Both the position numbers and the translations under genes were made by a program. A stretch of DNA of 64,000 nt, from assembly GCA_029856145.1 (NCBI GenBank), contig JAHQWK010000023.1, forward strand, positions 32,001 to 96,000, read 5' to 3'. Under the pieces are notes generated by a model. It was not told the origin of the DNA. It ran no database searches and saw nothing but the letters and a program-made list of their open reading frames with translations. This stretch comes from Promethearchaeia archaeon (GTDB lineage: Archaea; Asgardarchaeota; Lokiarchaeia; Sigyniarchaeales; SOKP01). Of the stretch, positions 62,063 through 64,000 are shown in pieces (positions within the stretch are counted from its first letter, which is position 1; each line of letters opens with the position of its first letter).

Positions 62063-63025
62063 ATGGAAGAAACCGAATTTTTACCCCTTAGCCAATTATT
62101 CGATTCAATTGGCATCATAGAAAAAGGTATTGAAAGAATATACCATTACCTCCTATTGAACAAAAGAATAGATAATTTAAAAGAGGTGTGTGATCAATTT
62201 AATCTCTCATTAAAAAGAGGTTATAAAATCTGTTCAGTATTAAGTGATCTAGGTCTTGTACAGATTTATGATAGACCTATGAAAATCCACATTGCTAATC
62301 CAATAATGACATTATGGCAAAATATCATACATAAACGAATCGAAGATCTTCAAAATGAATTCCAAGAGAAAAGAGATAAGTGTGAATCTGCTCTTGATGG
62401 TTTTATTAAAAAATTTAGAATGGATGAAGAAGTAATTCAAGAACCTGTTGAATTTATTAACTATAATGTCAAAAATTTTGATGAATCATATCATTCCTTC
62501 TTGGCTCAAAGTGAAAGTAAAATTGCGATAGGCATTAGATATGAGAATCCTTTGATTGATTTGATACATAAATATGGTTATAATAAGGTTCCGAGTGAAA
62601 TAAGCGAATCTATAAAAACAGGAATGAATAGAATTAAAGAGAATCTGAAAAATATCACTATTCAAGTTATTTTTCATTCCGATGTTGTTAAAGACCTTAT
62701 AAATAGACGGGAATTTGAACTACTCACAAATCATATTGAACATTTCAATTTGGAGTTTAAAAATATATTAATTCATGTAACAGATGAAAACTTTAGTAAC
62801 TTTAGTCTAACTGATAATGAGCTAATTCAACCTAGCTTTGATCCTGCATTTGAGCTTATAGGAGTATATATCTCAAGAAACAGAAGTATATATCAAATCT
62901 TCGATGAAAAATTTATTCAAATTTTTAAAAATGGTATCCCAATTAAGCAATTTTTAAAAGATAAAGAAGAAATCAAAATAGATTCTCTTTCAGAGACTCA
63001 ACAATTTGTTTTATGTATACTGTGA
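62063..63025 (+). CDS. TrmB-like wHTH regulator
   Basis: RIYHYLL...LKRGYKICSVLSDLGLV...RP, then a coiled coil and a putative effector domain. Confidence 0.6.
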   Translation: MEETEFLPLSQLFDSIGIIEKGIERIYHYLLLNKRIDNLKEVCDQFNLSLKRGYKICSVLSDLGLVQIYDRPMKIHIANPIMTLWQNIIHKRIEDLQNEFQEKRDKCESALDGFIKKFRMDEEVIQEPVEFINYNVKNFDESYHSFLAQSESKIAIGIRYENPLIDLIHKYGYNKVPSEISESIKTGMNRIKENLKNITIQVIFHSDVVKDLINRREFELLTNHIEHFNLEFKNILIHVTDENFSNFSLTDNELIQPSFDPAFELIGVYISRNRSIYQIFDEKFIQIFKNGIPIKQFLKDKEEIKIDSLSETQQFVLCIL

Positions 63026-63056
63026 TTCACAAGAAATAAAAAATTAAAAATTATAA

Positions 63057-64000
63057 TTATTGTTTTTTCTTTTTTTGCATTGCTTTTCCAAACTTTTCAA
63101 GCATTTTTCGAGGAGTAACTGTTGGCCTTTCATATCTTTTTAATTTTGATTTTATCCCAAAAAGGTACTTGGCAATGTTTTTTAGCTTTTCAGTATCATA
63201 ACGCATCATCATAGTAATTGTCTCCATGGCGGGTGACCCACCACCATGCAAACCAGCAACCTGCATTAGACCAGCTAGATCGGAAACTAACAAAGCTTCT
63301 ATCCCCCGAAAACAACGATACATATATTCAGGTTTAACTCTAGGATTTCTTTTTAAATATTTCATAGCAAGATCTCCTACCTCTTCAGAAAAGAATGAAC
63401 CTTCATATGGTAAAGTCGCAACTATACCTCCAGATAAATCCGCGAGAATTTTGTATTCTTCATATATATTTTCTCCTGCTAATCTTCTACCTGCATTTGT
63501 AAGGATTTCATCTGGAATCTGGGTGCCTGAAGGAGATTTTTCTGAATGTTTTGCACTTGACTCTCCAGCAGCAAAAACTAGTTCAGCAATACCAATAATA
63601 TGTGATAATTTATCTTGCACATGAGACGCTTTTTCAATACCGTTATATTCTGCAACTAGGGCAGCGGATGAAGCTAAAATTTCCGAAACTGCCGGTTTAC
63701 ACCCAGTATAGGAGTGTCTATGATAATGAGCAAACATTAAAGCTAAAAATCCAGCATATGAGGTTTGACGTGGATCACCATGACCATTCAGAAAAACCCG
63801 TTCATTTGGGATGAAAACGTCATCAAAAATAATGAATGTCTCTGCATCACCCATATTTAATCCTGGAGCATCAGCGTATTTACTTTTTCGGTAATACGCA
63901 GGTCTTGTAAGTAGCTTCACACCATCCCAATCTCCAGGTAAAGCAAATGCAACTGCATAGTCCTTATCTTCTGGCCCCATATATCTACATGGAACTGCTA
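63057..64000 (-). CDS. 4-hydroxybutyryl-CoA dehydratase / HpaB family paralog (5' part outside the window)
   Basis: YAVAFA, IIFDDVFIP.ERVF, YHRHSYTGCK, HGGGSP. Confidence 0.88.
   Translation of the reverse strand, partial: AVPCRYMGPEDKDYAVAFALPGDWDGVKLLTRPAYYRKSKYADAPGLNMGDAETFIIFDDVFIPNERVFLNGHGDPRQTSYAGFLALMFAHYHRHSYTGCKPAVSEILASSAALVAEYNGIEKASHVQDKLSHIIGIAELVFAAGESSAKHSEKSPSGTQIPDEILTNAGRRLAGENIYEEYKILADLSGGIVATLPYEGSFFSEEVGDLAMKYLKRNPRVKPEYMYRCFRGIEALLVSDLAGLMQVAGLHGGGSPAMETITMMMRYDTEKLKNIAKYLFGIKSKLKRYERPTVTPRKMLEKFGKAMQKKKKQ

Noticed and set aside
1-64000. CRISPR arrays, rRNA/tRNA genes, IS elements, selenoprotein TGA/SECIS
   Set aside because: No regularly spaced repeats, GC-rich stable-RNA blocks, transposase ORFs or in-frame TGA in conserved genes were seen by eye.

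Overview
Low-GC archaeal chromosome segment, most consistent with an Asgard (Lokiarchaeia-like) genome: Rab-like GTPase, HEAT/LRR proteins, eIF2B-family protein, DUF35, DUF166, GGAGGTGA-type RBS. About 50 genes cover glutamine-dependent nucleotide synthesis (guaA, glnA, carAB, pyrG, a second GMP-synthase ATPPase), acyl-CoA metabolism, a 2-oxoacid:ferredoxin oxidoreductase operon, a molybdoenzyme, peptidases and ABC transporters. I saw no rRNA, tRNA, CRISPR or transposase. Main finding: pyrG is interrupted inside its GG..SG.GKG motif by a 30-nt stop-containing hairpin insert with relaxed bulge-helix-bulge geometry; removing it restores S-G-I-G-K-G, so it is a candidate EndA-type mRNA intron. 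Also notable: a PorB circularly permuted within its ThDP-binding motif, several genes apparently needing ATA/ATT/ATC starts, a duplicated structured 5' leader around a secreted metallopeptidase, a FadR-box-like palindrome, and a 952-aa protein with three 148-aa repeats. All calls come from motif recognition by eye; no database searches or folding programs were run.
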